Numbered from the stretch's first letter, positions 40,326-52,276 are shown. The stretch: 64,000 bases of DNA from Nitrospirota bacterium (GCA_963818475.1 CAWFSF010000006.1:2144001-2208000); one strand, 5' to 3'. The notes: generated by a model not told the origin, from the letters alone. Numbers and translations: made by a program.

Positions 40326-42689
40326 CTACCCGCACTTGGAGAATCCGCAGCCACGGCAAAAGGCGCAGCCCTCGCCGAACTCCAGAAGTCCACCGCAGTC
40401 CGGGCACTCCGGGCAGATGCCGAGATGGTTCTTGCCGTCTCCTGCTCCTGCGCCGCAGTCCGTAGACGCATAGCCCACGTTCTGCTGGGCCGCGGACTTG
40501 GGCTTCGGCATATGCCTCTGGCCGGCGTCCTTGGTGTAGCGCTCCAGTGCCCGGCCGATGGCATCGGGGCAGGACAGGATGGAGCCGCCCTCGACCCAGG
40601 CCGGCGACGGGCAACGGATGCCCTTCACCTGCTTGATGATCGAATCGATGGAAACGCCTGACCGAAGGGCCAGCGATACCAGACGCGAGACCGCCTCGGA
40701 CTGGCTGGCAGCGCACCCGCCGGATTTGCCCATGGTCGAGAAGACCTCGCAAATGCCCTCGTCGTCCTCGTTGATCGTGATATAGAGGTTGCCGCAGCCC
40801 GTGGGAAGCTTTTGCGTGACGCCCTTGGTAAGGGCCGGCCGGTGGCGCGGCTTCTTTTCCTCGGCCAGTTCGGGCGAGGCGGAGGCGACCGTGACCGGGT
40901 GGGCAGCTGCAGCGGCTGCTGCCGCCTTGCGTGCCTTGTCCGTGGCGCCGGTGGAGAGCACCTGCTCGTCGCGCGAACCGTCGCGGTAGATGGTCACGCC
41001 CTTGCAGCCCAGTTTGTAGGCCATCATGTACACATTCTTCACATCGTCCTGGGTCGCGCTGTGCGGGAAGTTCACCGTCTTGGACACGGCGTTGTCGGTG
41101 TATTTCTGGAACCCACCCTGCATGCGGATATGCCAGTCGGGGGTGATATCGTGGGACGTGACGAACACGCGCTGCACGTCCTCGGGCACGGTCTTGATGC
41201 CGGTGCAGCCGCCGTGCTCGGCGATCTCCTTCATCAGGGCGTCGGAATGGAAGCCCCGCGCCTTGGCGACCCGCTCGAAGATGGGGTTCACTTCGACCAG
41301 TTCGGCCCCGTCCATGACCCTGCGGATGTAGGAAAGCGCGAAGATCGGTTCGATGCCGCTGGAGCAGCCGGCAATGATGGACAGCGTGCCCGTGGGCGCG
41401 ATGGTCGTCACCGTGGCGTTCCGCACCGGCGCCATGCCGGGTTTGTCGTAGATGCTCCCCTTGAAGTTCGGGAAGGGGCCGCGGTCCCGGGCAAGCTCCT
41501 CGCTCATTTTCCGGCCTTCGTCGGTAACGAACTGCATGACCTGCTCGCCGAGCTTCACGGCCTCGTCGGAATTGTAGGGAATGCCCATCTCGAGCAGCAT
41601 GTCGGCAAAGCCCATGACGCCCAGGCCGATCTTGCGGTTGGAGCGGGTCATCTTGTCGATCTTGTCGATGGGATAGCGGTTCACGTCGATGACGTTGTCG
41701 AGGAAATGGACGCCCTGCTGCACCGTGTGGCGCAGTTTGTCGAAATCCACGGCCTTGCCGTGGGGCGCCAGCATCTTCGCCAGGTTGACCGACGCCAGGT
41801 TGCAGGACTCGTAGGGAAGCAGCGGCTGCTCGCCGCAGGGGTTGGTGGACTCCATTTTGCCGATGTGCGGCGTGGGGTTGTACTGGTTGATGCGGTCCAT
41901 GAAGATGATGCCGGGGTCGCCGTTCTTCCAGGCCATGTTCACCACGGTCTCGAAGACGCGGCGGGCGCTTAAGGTGCGCACCACGTCGCGGTTCCGGGGC
42001 GACACGAGGTCGTAGTCCGTGTCCTGCTCCACGGCATCCATGAAGGTGTCGGTGATGGCAACGGAGATATTGAAGTTATTGAGCCGGTCGTTCTGCTGCT
42101 TGCAGGTCACGAAATCGAGCACGTCCGGGTGGTCCACCGACAGGATGCCCATGTTGGCGCCGCGGCGCGTGCCGCCCTGCTTCACCGTTTCCGTGGCCGC
42201 GTCGAAGACGGTCATGAACGAGATCGGGCCGGACGAGACGCCCTTGGTGGACTTGACCACGTCGTTCTTGGGCCGGATGCGCGAGAAGGAGAAGCCGGTG
42301 CCGCCGCCGGACTTGTGGATCAGCGCCGCCTGCTTCACGGAGTCGAAGATCTCCTCCATGGAGTCGCCCACGGGCAGCACAAAACAGGCCGAGAGCTGGC
42401 CCAGTTCGCGGCCCGCGTTCATGAGCGTCGGGCTGTTCGGCAGGAACTCCAGCGAGGTCATGAGCCGGTAGAACTCGGCCGCGGTCTGCTCGACCTCGGC
42501 ATCGGACTTGCCGTAGGCCCGGTCGGCATCGGCAATGGTCCTGGCCACGCGCGTGAACATGTCCACGGCTGTTTCGACCACGGTCCCGTCCTCGTTCCGC
42601 TTAAGATACCGTTTTTCAAGAACCTTAAGGCAGTTCTCGGACAGATTCAGACCCGTGCCGGATGCTGAAGCAGATGCCGCGCTCTTCAT
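40326..42689 (-). CDS. nrdJ: class II (adenosylcobalamin-dependent) ribonucleotide reductase with C-terminal TSCPD and Zn-ribbon domains
   Basis: [61 protein letters not shown]. Confidence 0.95.
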   Translation of the reverse strand: MKSAASASASGTGLNLSENCLKVLEKRYLKRNEDGTVVETAVDMFTRVARTIADADRAYGKSDAEVEQTAAEFYRLMTSLEFLPNSPTLMNAGRELGQLSACFVLPVGDSMEEIFDSVKQAALIHKSGGGTGFSFSRIRPKNDVVKSTKGVSSGPISFMTVFDAATETVKQGGTRRGANMGILSVDHPDVLDFVTCKQQNDRLNNFNISVAITDTFMDAVEQDTDYDLVSPRNRDVVRTLSARRVFETVVNMAWKNGDPGIIFMDRINQYNPTPHIGKMESTNPCGEQPLLPYESCNLASVNLAKMLAPHGKAVDFDKLRHTVQQGVHFLDNVIDVNRYPIDKIDKMTRSNRKIGLGVMGFADMLLEMGIPYNSDEAVKLGEQVMQFVTDEGRKMSEELARDRGPFPNFKGSIYDKPGMAPVRNATVTTIAPTGTLSIIAGCSSGIEPIFALSYIRRVMDGAELVEVNPIFERVAKARGFHSDALMKEIAEHGGCTGIKTVPEDVQRVFVTSHDITPDWHIRMQGGFQKYTDNAVSKTVNFPHSATQDDVKNVYMMAYKLGCKGVTIYRDGSRDEQVLSTGATDKARKAAAAAAAAHPVTVASASPELAEEKKPRHRPALTKGVTQKLPTGCGNLYITINEDDEGICEVFSTMGKSGGCAASQSEAVSRLVSLALRSGVSIDSIIKQVKGIRCPSPAWVEGGSILSCPDAIGRALERYTKDAGQRHMPKPKSAAQQNVGYASTDCGAGAGDGKNHLGICPECPDCGGLLEFGEGCAFCRGCGFSKCG

Positions 42690-42939
42690 AGATTTCCTCC
42701 CTGGAATAAAAATTATAAATACAAATAAATGCGGGGCGACCTTATGACCGCCCCGCATTATATTACAACTTGTCCGATTGACTTGCCAAAATAAAACAGT
42801 TTTTTAGCGAGATGCTCATATGGCCCTGCCGTGATGTGTTTTTCCTGGGTGCAGCCTATTACTGTTGTATTTGAGGTGAAGCTGGAAGAAGAAAAATTCA
42901 ATAGAAATTATTCTACTAGCTAGCGCAAAACTCGTATGG

Positions 42940-42993
42940 AGTATAACACAACATCTTGTGTTGTCAAGGCGATTTTTATACAACATATAGTCA
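42940..42993 (-). promoter_or_regulatory. nrdJ promoter with tandem NrdR boxes
   Basis: ACACAACATCTTGTGT (42946-42961) and ATACAACATATAGTCA (42978-42993), 32 bp apart; TTGACA-N16-TATACT on the minus strand with box 1 filling the spacer. Confidence 0.85.
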
Positions 42994-43313
42994 TACTTTT
43001 AGTAATTTAGGCCCGCTAAAGAGGCGTAAAATCAGGACAAAAACATAAACTGATACTTTAAAACACCGCTTTAAATGCGGATATCATGAGCTATAAGGAG
43101 TGAATAGGTCCGGATATTCGTGTTGGAACTGGCAGAAAGCTGGTCTCGGGTAGCGGATGGCATGCTCAGAATCGGAATGTAAAACCATCAACCACTTAAC
43201 CTTACTACTCAGCCATTAGGGATTTCAGGATTATTGACATTGTCACGATATACCCAGATATCCAGCACGTGCGCTTGTTCTCTTCACTTCGCACCACAGC
43301 AACCGATACGCAC

Positions 43314-43971
43314 TTACCGGTGATCCCCTGTTGTTTCAAAATAATCGAAATCAGGATAGACCTTCGATTTCGGCCCGAAATACCTGGGTGAGGTAACCTT
43401 ATAGTGAAGGGGGTCTTCTATCGTATCGATGTTGAGCGCCAGCTCCTCCGGATGCGGCAGCATTCCCTGCGACAGCGCAAAAGCTTCTGGATTATAGGTT
43501 TCTTTAAACCATGAGGGCAGGTTGAGCATTACCTCGGGAGAAGTTAAAAAATCTGTGTCGAAAAAGTACAGATCAACAATTTTATCGAAATCGATCGTCT
43601 CGATATAGAACGGATCCACAAATGATGCCTCTTTTCTCTCCCTCTTGTTTCTCTGCCATGGAAACGCCATCATTATGAATTTCCGTAAAAAAATTCAGCA
43701 CGTCGAACAGCAGTAGGTAGTGATAGTCGTTAAGATAATAGATTTCAGGCCTATCAAGACGCAGGAGCATGTCGCGCAGGGTCAGGACAGCCAATCTCGG
43801 CGGAAACACCTTGCCCGCAACGGGAAAGGATTCAACGAAAGTTTCCTTGGATAAAGCCCCGTTAGGATCGGGGTCCGACCGCATATCGGAAATAATGTCG
43901 CTGGCAAAGCTCAGGCCTTCTCTGAGAATTGCTTGAAATACCGCATCCGGCGCGTTTGCAAATCGTAGCAA
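43314..43971 (-). CDS. hypothetical protein (frameshift near 43640)
   Basis: ORFs 43582..43971 and 43314..43673 overlap in different frames and read as one protein; starts directly after the R-M remnant. Confidence 0.55.
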
Positions 43972-43974
43972 TGT

Positions 43975-44295
43975 TTACTCCTGAACTTTGACAATATTCG
44001 CTATCGCCGGCCAATCCTTCCCCTTGGGCATGACAAACAGGCATTTGCCGTTGCTCTTGTACATCCAATTCTCGTTACCGGTGTTGTAGGGAGGATCGAT
44101 ATAAATGCATTTGACTTTTCCAGCGTAATACGGCAGGAGCGCTTTGAGGGCAAGGAGATTGTCACCCTGGACGAGCAGGTTTCCAGCGTCAGGATCGCCA
44201 GCGGACAGGCCGTTGTCGCACCGCAGCAACCGGTACGGCACTTCCCGGTGGTGGTTGACTACAGCTTTCTTTCCGATCCAATCAAGCGTGGGCAT
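43975..44295 (-). pseudogene. type III R-M remnant: Mod N-terminus fused to a probable Res C-terminus
   Basis: MPTLDWIGK..NLLVQGDNLLALKAL..CIYIDPPYNTGNENW, then abruptly SNGKCLFVMPKGKDW; FxGxG motif absent. Confidence 0.7.
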
Positions 44296-44450
44296 AAATT
44301 CCGTTGGTCATTTGAGGGATTAACTTGAGATTGAAAAATAACGTACTATAACCGGTGGGAAATGTAAAGGGGATTTGAAAATATATGATCTATAAAAAGA
44401 CCTTGCCCAAAGTCCATGACTTTTAACGTCTACCGAGCCAGCGGATTCGA

Positions 44451-46375
44451 CTAATTCATCAAGGACTTCAGGGCTGCTTCTGCCCTACCGCACGTACACC
44501 AAAGTTCAGGAACGATATGACACAGCTGTTCGACATGAGAGTGCAATCTTTCCGCTTCATCGTGTTGAAATGATTGAAATGCAATATCTGTTATACACTG
44601 TCCAACAAAATCACACCATTTCGTTAGCTCCGTATGCGAAGCCGCTGCAACAAGGGCAATCCAGATGGCATCTTCCGCTGATAATAAATGTCCAAGTTCA
44701 AACCGGCATCTTCGAATAAGTATTCGTATTTCATCAGCAAGTTCACTACTTCTAGTAACTGCGGCAACAGTGGCTAGCCCTCTTAAAACTGAATATAACT
44801 CTTCTTTATTGTCAGCTTTTTTCAGTTGGTGTTTCACTGATCTCAACGCCTTCGCAGCAAGTTGCGCATGATAAGAGTCAAGACGAAATATTAAGGCAGG
44901 GTTCACGAGTGCGGCAAATGATTTTGGCTCTAGAACATCCGAACTTAAGCGTTCTTCTATTTCCTTTACAAGATCTGCCGGTGGCACAATCTGGGACTCT
45001 ATCCCGCCTTCTAGTGGGCCGGGCAGATATTCTAGTGGAAATTTAACGAGAGATTGCAAACTCTCGGGCCCCTCACCCAATAGCAGGTCACGTAGAGCCG
45101 GAGTTTGAATTTTTGTATCGTGCACCTGTGCAGCGCTAACAATTCTCCCTATGAATTCGGCCTTGAGCTGATGAGGGTATACATAATCGGGATACCAACG
45201 AGGTTCGCGTCGGAGATCTGACATGGTTTGAAGATAAAATTGATGTAATCGGCTATTGAACGCCCATTCAGCGAACGCAGAGCTATCTACTTGCGCACTG
45301 ATAACCACACGCTCTAATAACGATGCCTGTGCGATTGACGCTAATCGCCTCCAGTATGGCGGCTTACTACTTAGAATCTTCGTTCTGGACAACTCGCCTT
45401 CAACAAGCACAATTAAAGATGATGTCAATTTTAATCTGCCGCCGACATCATCAGGGTTGTCATCTCGGATTTTTTCTATGATGTTCTTGATATAAGGCGC
45501 GATTTTGGGCTGTTTATCCAAGATTGAAAGGCCGATCTCAATTGCGCCGACCTGCGATATTCTATCACCATTCTCTTGAAGCCACTCATAGGCGCGGATA
45601 AGTTCTTCCTCTTAAGAGATTCAGTTTTTATAGAACTAGAAATTAATGAATGGGATGCCAAGAGTAACGCATACAAAAATCCATCGTAGGGCCGCCATGA
45701 CATAAGGCCGTTAATGTGCTGAGTAGCATTCATATTCACATATTCCGCTATATTTGAACTTCCCTCGCAGTCACCTGCCAAGCGGGCATAATATCGTTCT
45801 GATCGTGGAGCAAGCGAAGATAAACGACTCGTCCCTCTCTCGAGCTCAATTCCGACTGCGGCTGTCACTAACTCCGGTGTCTCTTTGAGGTCTGCCTGCA
45901 GTTCGTCCAGCTCATCATCATCCAAGGCTCGCAAGGATAGAATCTCTCGCCATCGCGCTATGTCGATTCCTGGTAAATTTACTCTTTCTGCCGCTCGGTC
46001 AAGACTCGCCAGTCTTTCCGCCTGGTTAGGTGATAATGCTGAAAAATCTGGCAGACTAATCTTGCGTTTCCCATTCGATAACGTAAAATCTTGCATACTA
46101 CCTGTCTTAACAATTTCCAACTGCCATTCTTCTCCATGCAATGCCTTTAGGATTGACTTTGTCCCACTAGGTATAAAAGCCGCTCTTATGCAGCCGTAAA
46201 GATCCGATCGCCGAAAAGACATACCGCCATCATGAAATGTAATCTGCACTTCTCGCTTAATCCCATAACCGTTTCGGAATTCGCGATCTAAAAGTAGCGA
46301 ATTACGTATCGAGGAAGGAAAGAGCCGTAGCGCGAACATCGAGAATGCCGTACGTTCTTCAACATTAGTGCTCAC
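44451..46375 (-). CDS. large helical hypothetical protein, partner or C-terminal part of the TPR-PIN protein (frameshift near 45610)
   Basis: ORFs 45476..46450 and 44451..45521 join; GGAGG precedes GTG 46375, which overlaps the upstream stop; PPYWRRLAS motif. Confidence 0.6.
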
Positions 46376-49300
46376 TATTAGATAACCTCCGTAAACCTCT
46401 CTCCACGAAATTTGCAATAAGTTCTTTCGCTCCATCAAGCAACCGCGCATAAAGAACTGAGTCTTCTTCTCGAATCCCTGTCAATACGTGTTCCTCAATC
46501 CAATTCAGATACTTATTCTTGATATCTGTAGTTGCATTATGAGGTGCGGTAAGTAACAACATTATGTGCGCCCCGTAGATATCAATAAATATACGCAGAC
46601 AACGCTCATTTCCGAAAAAGTGCGCCCAGCCTCGCACGTCAATTAACTGGAGTAGCCATCCGGAACGAGCTTGCATCGTTTTCTCGTCTAATGCGGACAT
46701 CCATTGAGCTTTCAACGTTCTGATAATGGCTTGCATTAATCCATTGAACCAGGCTGCCTCCTTAGGTAACTGGAGGAAATGACTCATCCTTATACGAAGA
46801 AGGTTTTCTCTAATTGCTTTTAGCTCTGCTGTCTCTTCAAGTACATTATCGGCAACTTGGGCAGTCGATAGATATTGCTGAAGTTCGTCGAACGTAACCG
46901 GTATGAACAAGTAACCGGATTGCCGAAGCCGTGTTCGGTACTCGCGTAGCTCATCGAGAGAGATTGTGCCTCTTTCTTTCTTCTGGAGAGCGTCGATCAA
47001 ATCAAGGGTTGTCAACAACGGTATCTGCTCGTCACTGCTTTCGTTGGTCTTATACTGCTGGTATTGATTAAAATATCTGTCGTCTATAATGAGTGCTTCA
47101 ACGTCAGCGATAAGGTCATAAATTGCAAAAGTAGGATGATCATGCAGTCTTGGTTCCTCTGAATCGTCCATTTGTGGCATCCGACCGACCTTGACCCTCC
47201 CTTGTTCAATACCCAATGCAAGAGAACTCCTCAGATTCTCAATTATTTTGTTCACCTCGGAAGAAAGCTGTTCGTACTGAAGAACCCCATTAACCTCCTC
47301 TAATTCCCGCGTGGAGATATACACCTCTAAACCAGCCGGCTTCAACTTAGATAGAAGGCCCGTATGTTGGAGATAAGTGACAGATAGACTATCCAAATAG
47401 AGCACAGCGTTATCATTGATTACCGGTTCATTAGGCCATTTTTTCTCGTGAAGGCTAAGGTAAGATCGAGCGCGTTGCTCCTCGAAAGCTGTGAGCTGGC
47501 TCTTTTGCTTGAGTTTATCAACAATTGACGAGCAACTACAGATTAGGCTGTAAAATGACGAAAGATCAGCCTCTTCCGCCATTAGAGAACTTACTCTGTG
47601 TACCGGCGCTGATCTAACTACAACCTTCTGTCGCTTATCACCCTCCACCTTGGCTTCGGCTAGTAAGAATGCGAGATCTTCTCCTACCTCCGCTGATAAG
47701 TCAGCATCCATCGGCACTGTCGCCCTAAACTCCCTCAGCGCACCACCTGCAAGCAACTGTCTGAGCTTGCGGGCGTCCTGAATTTTGCTCGGTTGATGGA
47801 AGGATGCCTTTTGTTTTTCCTCGAAAAGCCACCTCAAAGTAGAATGAGGTATGACAATGCGATCGAAAGCATCAAATACCTTCTCAAGAAGTCCGAGGAC
47901 TGACAAGGTTAACAAAGAAGTAGCTTCCATTGCTGCTACTCGACATGTACAAGGTAGCGGAGAACGAGCGCCACTATAGGCCGGTATAATTACTCGTTTT
48001 CTTAGGTCTGGTTCAGTCGGATTCGCTAGCGCGGGCAAAAGGATCATATCTATAAGCGACCTGTTCAAAAGTTGTCCTGCGACAAAGATTGGCAGGGCTC
48101 CCTGATTAACTTGTTGCCAAGTGTCGTTTTCTCTACGATCCCACGCGGGCTTCCGATCCATTATATCTTTTATGGACATTCTTTGGATCGGACCATTTGC
48201 GCCCGACAGCTCAGCGGCTTTATTTAGCCACTGTGTTGTCGTCTCGTCTTCCCACCCCGCACTCATTGCCGTGAAGTAAGCAGCCGCAAGGATTTGGGGA
48301 TCTTCGGCACCTTTGTTTGCCGCGAACCGAATCAGTTCCTTAGCATGAGGTGACCTTACATGTTGCGCTAATTTCGCTGTCTGTATCAATTCATTAGCTT
48401 CTCTCTGCTCTCTATTCTGCCACTCTTTTTCCACATATGGCAGGAGTGATCCCCAGGCTCCGGAAGTAATTGCCAGATTGACGGTCAGAGTCCTGTCATT
48501 CGGATTATCACGCTTTACTTGAAGCTTGCCCAATGCTGCCGCTGAGCCTGCCAAATCACCTTCACGATAAAGCGCCCAACTCCAAAGCATCAGAAGGTCA
48601 TCAGATTGGTCGAGAAACTCTGGATATTTTTTTAGCAGCGCAAGCAGTTCAGCGAAGCGATGTGCCGCATTCAATGCTTTTGAGATACGCTCTGCATCCA
48701 ATAAGGCTCGCGTTTTTTCGAACAGCAAAGCGCTATAATTACAAAATTGCGACCAATCCTTTTGTTCTTCTGGCTGCTCTTCAAGCAGACGTACGAGATG
48801 CTGAAGGTCTATAAAATTACGAGAACCTTCAAACGCAATTTTTTGGGCCTCTATTGGATCGATTTCTGCAGACTCGGCGATAAAGCGACGAAGCTTATCA
48901 TGCTCAGCATCTGACAATCCCTCGGCAACGAGAACCATCAACCTCTCTTCTGCTCGCTGAGGCATACCCGCTTTTACAAGCATTTCGATCTCAAGTGAAT
49001 TGATTGACTGCTTGGTCAAGTATTTTTGCAGTTGAGCGCGATGACGATTGACATATTCGGCAATTGCTTTCGGCCCTTTTTGTGTAAATGCCAATGAAAA
49101 ACGGGCCAGAGCAGCAACGCGAGACTCACCGCCTGACAGCGCTGTTTGCCGTTCTATCTCTTTCTCAACCGCTTCAATATCAATTTTAAGACCGAAATCA
49201 AGTGCAAGGGGAAGCCTGCGAAGAGAAAGAGTTGGATCGTTCATACTTGATTGAAGTTTTTGAAGACCGGATTTCGTACTATCTGGATCACGTAGCTCGA

Positions 49301-51020
49301 GCCAAAGCGCGTAATCATCAGCGAGGCTAGCTGTTTCAATGCAGCCAAGTGCCTTTGAAGCAAAAATTAATTTTTCAAATAGTTCTTGAGCTCTTCTTCG
49401 AGCTTTAAGTGATGCTTCATCTGACGCAAGTGGGAAATTCTTTGGATTAAACGGTATTTGTTGTAAAAGAATAGACCTTATTTCATCAGGAACAGCCTTT
49501 ACCAAATGGGTGACAGCTGCAATCTGGTAAAGGACAGGGGCATCTTGGTAATCTTTTTCCTTGAGCTCGGCAACATATTCTAGGGCGGTATCCCAGTGAT
49601 CAAGTTCGAAAAGTTGAGTTAATTGACGAAATTTACCATCTGGATCAAGGTCAGAAAAAGCTATCCCTGACTTCGATAACCATTCAAGCGCGGATGAAGG
49701 ATCCTTCTTGTGGTTGGTTACAATAAAAAATGCGGCGGACTTGGCAGTAGCTGATGATAAGATCGCAAGTTTACTCAAAGCTCCTTCTAAGTTGCCCTTG
49801 GCAGAAATTATAAATGCTTCTGCTAGCATTATTTCTTGACCAGTGCCCAGCCGCTTTGCTGTTTCCAATAGTTCGTCTGCTTTAGTGCTATTGTCACCAA
49901 CAGCCAAAAGGCGGGCACACCATGCCAAAACCCTACTCTTGATCTCATCAGAGCCGCCCTCGAATTCGCCACTCTGAATTTTTTCTGCCAAGCGAAGTGA
50001 ATGATCAGCATAAGAGAATTCTCGGAAAAAGCGAGCACGTCGTATTACTGATAGTCGCTCTATAATTTCACCATCTACCAAATCTTTCGGATATTTCTTG
50101 TTAAATAGGGGCGGTGATATTGGACCCATGGCGCGGATGCGTTCCGCGATACTTTCAGCTGTTTTTTCGCTTTGATCTATTACTGTTTGCTTCAATGATG
50201 AAATTGCTTCACCCTGAGTTCTTAAAAGACTTTCTATTTCAGGCTCGCGGCGCGCTGTTTTCAGCTCCCTTTGGATGAATTCGCGAATATGCTTATATAT
50301 TTCTGATGACTGATCTATCGGTTTGCATATAGTGATATGATTAGCATCAACTGGGATTGGATGTGCTCGCAGGCCGGGATTACTACTGTCAGGCTTTACT
50401 ACCAGAAAAAATTTCTTATAAGGTTGCGTTTCAGTTAAGTTTAGATGCTCAATACGACGTCTATCCGACCAATCTTGGTACCATGTGTTCAATTTATGTA
50501 GGTTAGGATCGTTTCGTACAAGACTTGCTGTTGTCGCTGACGGCATACAGAATATGCGGAGGCGGTCGGCTAATGTTGATAGGCCCGAACCGAAATGCGG
50601 TGTGGCGAGGAAGCCAACGCGATGTACATTCTTTAAAAACCCAGCAACATTATCACGTTGATATGACGCCATCTCTGCATCGAGTAAGAGCTGTTTGATA
50701 ACAAGGCCCCCAAAGCTGTGGCCAATGAGAATTATTTCCCCAGTCTTTAGCTTTGGCTCAAGGAGAAGAAGTTCCAGCACGTTTGTTGCGCGATCAGTCA
50801 AATGCATGGCGGAGCCTCGCCAACGCGAGACTGATGCTCTGTATCCGACTGTCCACACTGCTAATCCTTCAATATCGTTGGCCAGCCATTGGAGCAACCC
50901 TTCTTGAGATTCAGGCGCAGACTGCCAAGTTTTGAATGGGTCGCCACCAAGCCCATGGAGAAAAATGGCGTGCTTAGTTACGTCACCATGAACATCTGTA
51001 ATTTGAAATAAGTCTGCCAA
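46365..51020 (-). CDS. 1551-aa alpha/beta-hydrolase - TPR-like - tandem PIN-like protein (putative anti-phage effector)
   Basis: FLHGLGG, GHSFGG, FLATPHFGS, DANHITICKP (SERAC1/PGAP1-like); long helical repeats; PIN-like MEATSLLTL..IVIPHST and LYLDSLSV..VYIS..IIDDR. Confidence 0.7.
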   Translation of the reverse strand: MADLFQITDVHGDVTKHAIFLHGLGGDPFKTWQSAPESQEGLLQWLANDIEGLAVWTVGYRASVSRWRGSAMHLTDRATNVLELLLLEPKLKTGEIILIGHSFGGLVIKQLLLDAEMASYQRDNVAGFLKNVHRVGFLATPHFGSGLSTLADRLRIFCMPSATTASLVRNDPNLHKLNTWYQDWSDRRRIEHLNLTETQPYKKFFLVVKPDSSNPGLRAHPIPVDANHITICKPIDQSSEIYKHIREFIQRELKTARREPEIESLLRTQGEAISSLKQTVIDQSEKTAESIAERIRAMGPISPPLFNKKYPKDLVDGEIIERLSVIRRARFFREFSYADHSLRLAEKIQSGEFEGGSDEIKSRVLAWCARLLAVGDNSTKADELLETAKRLGTGQEIMLAEAFIISAKGNLEGALSKLAILSSATAKSAAFFIVTNHKKDPSSALEWLSKSGIAFSDLDPDGKFRQLTQLFELDHWDTALEYVAELKEKDYQDAPVLYQIAAVTHLVKAVPDEIRSILLQQIPFNPKNFPLASDEASLKARRRAQELFEKLIFASKALGCIETASLADDYALWLELRDPDSTKSGLQKLQSSMNDPTLSLRRLPLALDFGLKIDIEAVEKEIERQTALSGGESRVAALARFSLAFTQKGPKAIAEYVNRHRAQLQKYLTKQSINSLEIEMLVKAGMPQRAEERLMVLVAEGLSDAEHDKLRRFIAESAEIDPIEAQKIAFEGSRNFIDLQHLVRLLEEQPEEQKDWSQFCNYSALLFEKTRALLDAERISKALNAAHRFAELLALLKKYPEFLDQSDDLLMLWSWALYREGDLAGSAAALGKLQVKRDNPNDRTLTVNLAITSGAWGSLLPYVEKEWQNREQREANELIQTAKLAQHVRSPHAKELIRFAANKGAEDPQILAAAYFTAMSAGWEDETTTQWLNKAAELSGANGPIQRMSIKDIMDRKPAWDRRENDTWQQVNQGALPIFVAGQLLNRSLIDMILLPALANPTEPDLRKRVIIPAYSGARSPLPCTCRVAAMEATSLLTLSVLGLLEKVFDAFDRIVIPHSTLRWLFEEKQKASFHQPSKIQDARKLRQLLAGGALREFRATVPMDADLSAEVGEDLAFLLAEAKVEGDKRQKVVVRSAPVHRVSSLMAEEADLSSFYSLICSCSSIVDKLKQKSQLTAFEEQRARSYLSLHEKKWPNEPVINDNAVLYLDSLSVTYLQHTGLLSKLKPAGLEVYISTRELEEVNGVLQYEQLSSEVNKIIENLRSSLALGIEQGRVKVGRMPQMDDSEEPRLHDHPTFAIYDLIADVEALIIDDRYFNQYQQYKTNESSDEQIPLLTTLDLIDALQKKERGTISLDELREYRTRLRQSGYLFIPVTFDELQQYLSTAQVADNVLEETAELKAIRENLLRIRMSHFLQLPKEAAWFNGLMQAIIRTLKAQWMSALDEKTMQARSGWLLQLIDVRGWAHFFGNERCLRIFIDIYGAHIMLLLTAPHNATTDIKNKYLNWIEEHVLTGIREEDSVLYARLLDGAKELIANFVERGLRRLSNSEH

Positions 51021-51057
51021 TTAACAGCTCCGCAGCCCTAATGGGACAGCTTTAACA

Positions 51058-51406
51058 TTAAACACAGCTTATAATATTTTGTGCCTGTCCGGTTGTTTCA
51101 GGTAGTGGGCAATATTCGCTTTCGGACCGTAGCTCAAGACTGAATGAAATCCTTATATAATTTATCCCATGTATCGCAGTGGCTGAAATAGCAGTTCCTG
51201 CGGCAAGCGAATGCGCCAGTGCCCTATGATGAGGGTTATTTGCCGGCTCAAATACATCAGGCAACCTGCTTCCCCAGTAACCACCGAACAAAGCACCAAT
51301 TCCTTCATAAATTTGGGTGCTCTGGCTTTTGATCTTTCGACAGATATAATGATGCAACCAGTGCGGTACCCATGCCAACTGGAACGTGTACGTCTCTATT
51401 TGGCAT
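51058..51406 (-). pseudogene. truncated YdjM-like metal-dependent membrane hydrolase
   Basis: SD AAGGAGG, MPNRDVH start, frameshift, GSRLPDVFEP..HHRALAHS; the C-terminal His..Asp motif is missing. Confidence 0.55.
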
Positions 51407-51745
51407 GAAGCCTCCTTTTGCCAAACGAACCGATAGCGCAATATTCGGAAAACGCTCGATTGACACTACTTTTTGGCTTTAAATTTAACATGCACTGGCT
51501 CCTTAACCATTTTTTTTGCCATGAAGTCAACTGGCGTCCCCTTTTTTGGTTGTGAAATCGACTTCGACTTCGCGTTTCACTTTTTTATGCGCATCAAATT
51601 CAACCGTTTTCTTTTTTAGGTGTCGTCATGTTTTTGACCTCAACTTTCATTCTTTAATCTTTGACAGTACCGTCGACCTAAATGAATGGCTTTATTGTGC
51701 TGAAATCTGCCGACGACTACGCCGGGGTAATGGTCGCCGCGATTG

Positions 51746-52276
51746 TTACTTTCCTGAAGAATAAATGAACTCTTCCCGCCCTGTGGCCAAATTGGACTGA
51801 AAATATTCCTCACTCAGCCTTGGGTCGAGTTTATGGCCGGGAGATAACGTGAGCCCCGAGGTTTGTAAAAGCCGTTCCGCGGAGATTACGCTTTCGCTTG
51901 CGTCGAGAAAAGGCACGGCCCTGATGGCCGCCGCGTCGAAGGTGCAGATTGTCAGCAACTCCTCTTGCAGGAGGATGGCGAGCGACTCTATTTCACCCGC
52001 ATGAATAGCGTCCCTCTTCAGCGCCGGGAGCCTGCGCAGAACTTCCTGCATGTCCTCTGCGGATGACGTTATTTCCGTGATCTTCCCGGAGTCAATATAA
52101 ACCTTCCGGAAATCCACTTGGATCTTCTGTCTGCTTTTTTTGTAGTACTTGACTTCACTCACTACCGTCGAGGCAACGTGGACCTTGTGCTGTTTCGCCA
52201 GGCTGTCCAAAACGCCGAGTTCCAGCAGCTTTATCGTAACATCGGCGTCAAGCAGCCACAATTTCAACGGATTCAC
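51746..52276 (-). CDS. PIN-domain protein (putative toxin)
   Basis: LLDADV, STVVSEV, HAGEIESLA, CTFD acidic PIN core; overlaps the upstream gene. Confidence 0.75.
   Translation of the reverse strand: MNPLKLWLLDADVTIKLLELGVLDSLAKQHKVHVASTVVSEVKYYKKSRQKIQVDFRKVYIDSGKITEITSSAEDMQEVLRRLPALKRDAIHAGEIESLAILLQEELLTICTFDAAAIRAVPFLDASESVISAERLLQTSGLTLSPGHKLDPRLSEEYFQSNLATGREEFIYSSGK

Noticed and set aside
42690-42940. Cobalamin riboswitch upstream of nrdJ
   Set aside because: No recognisable B12-box or conserved core; NrdR boxes explain the regulation.
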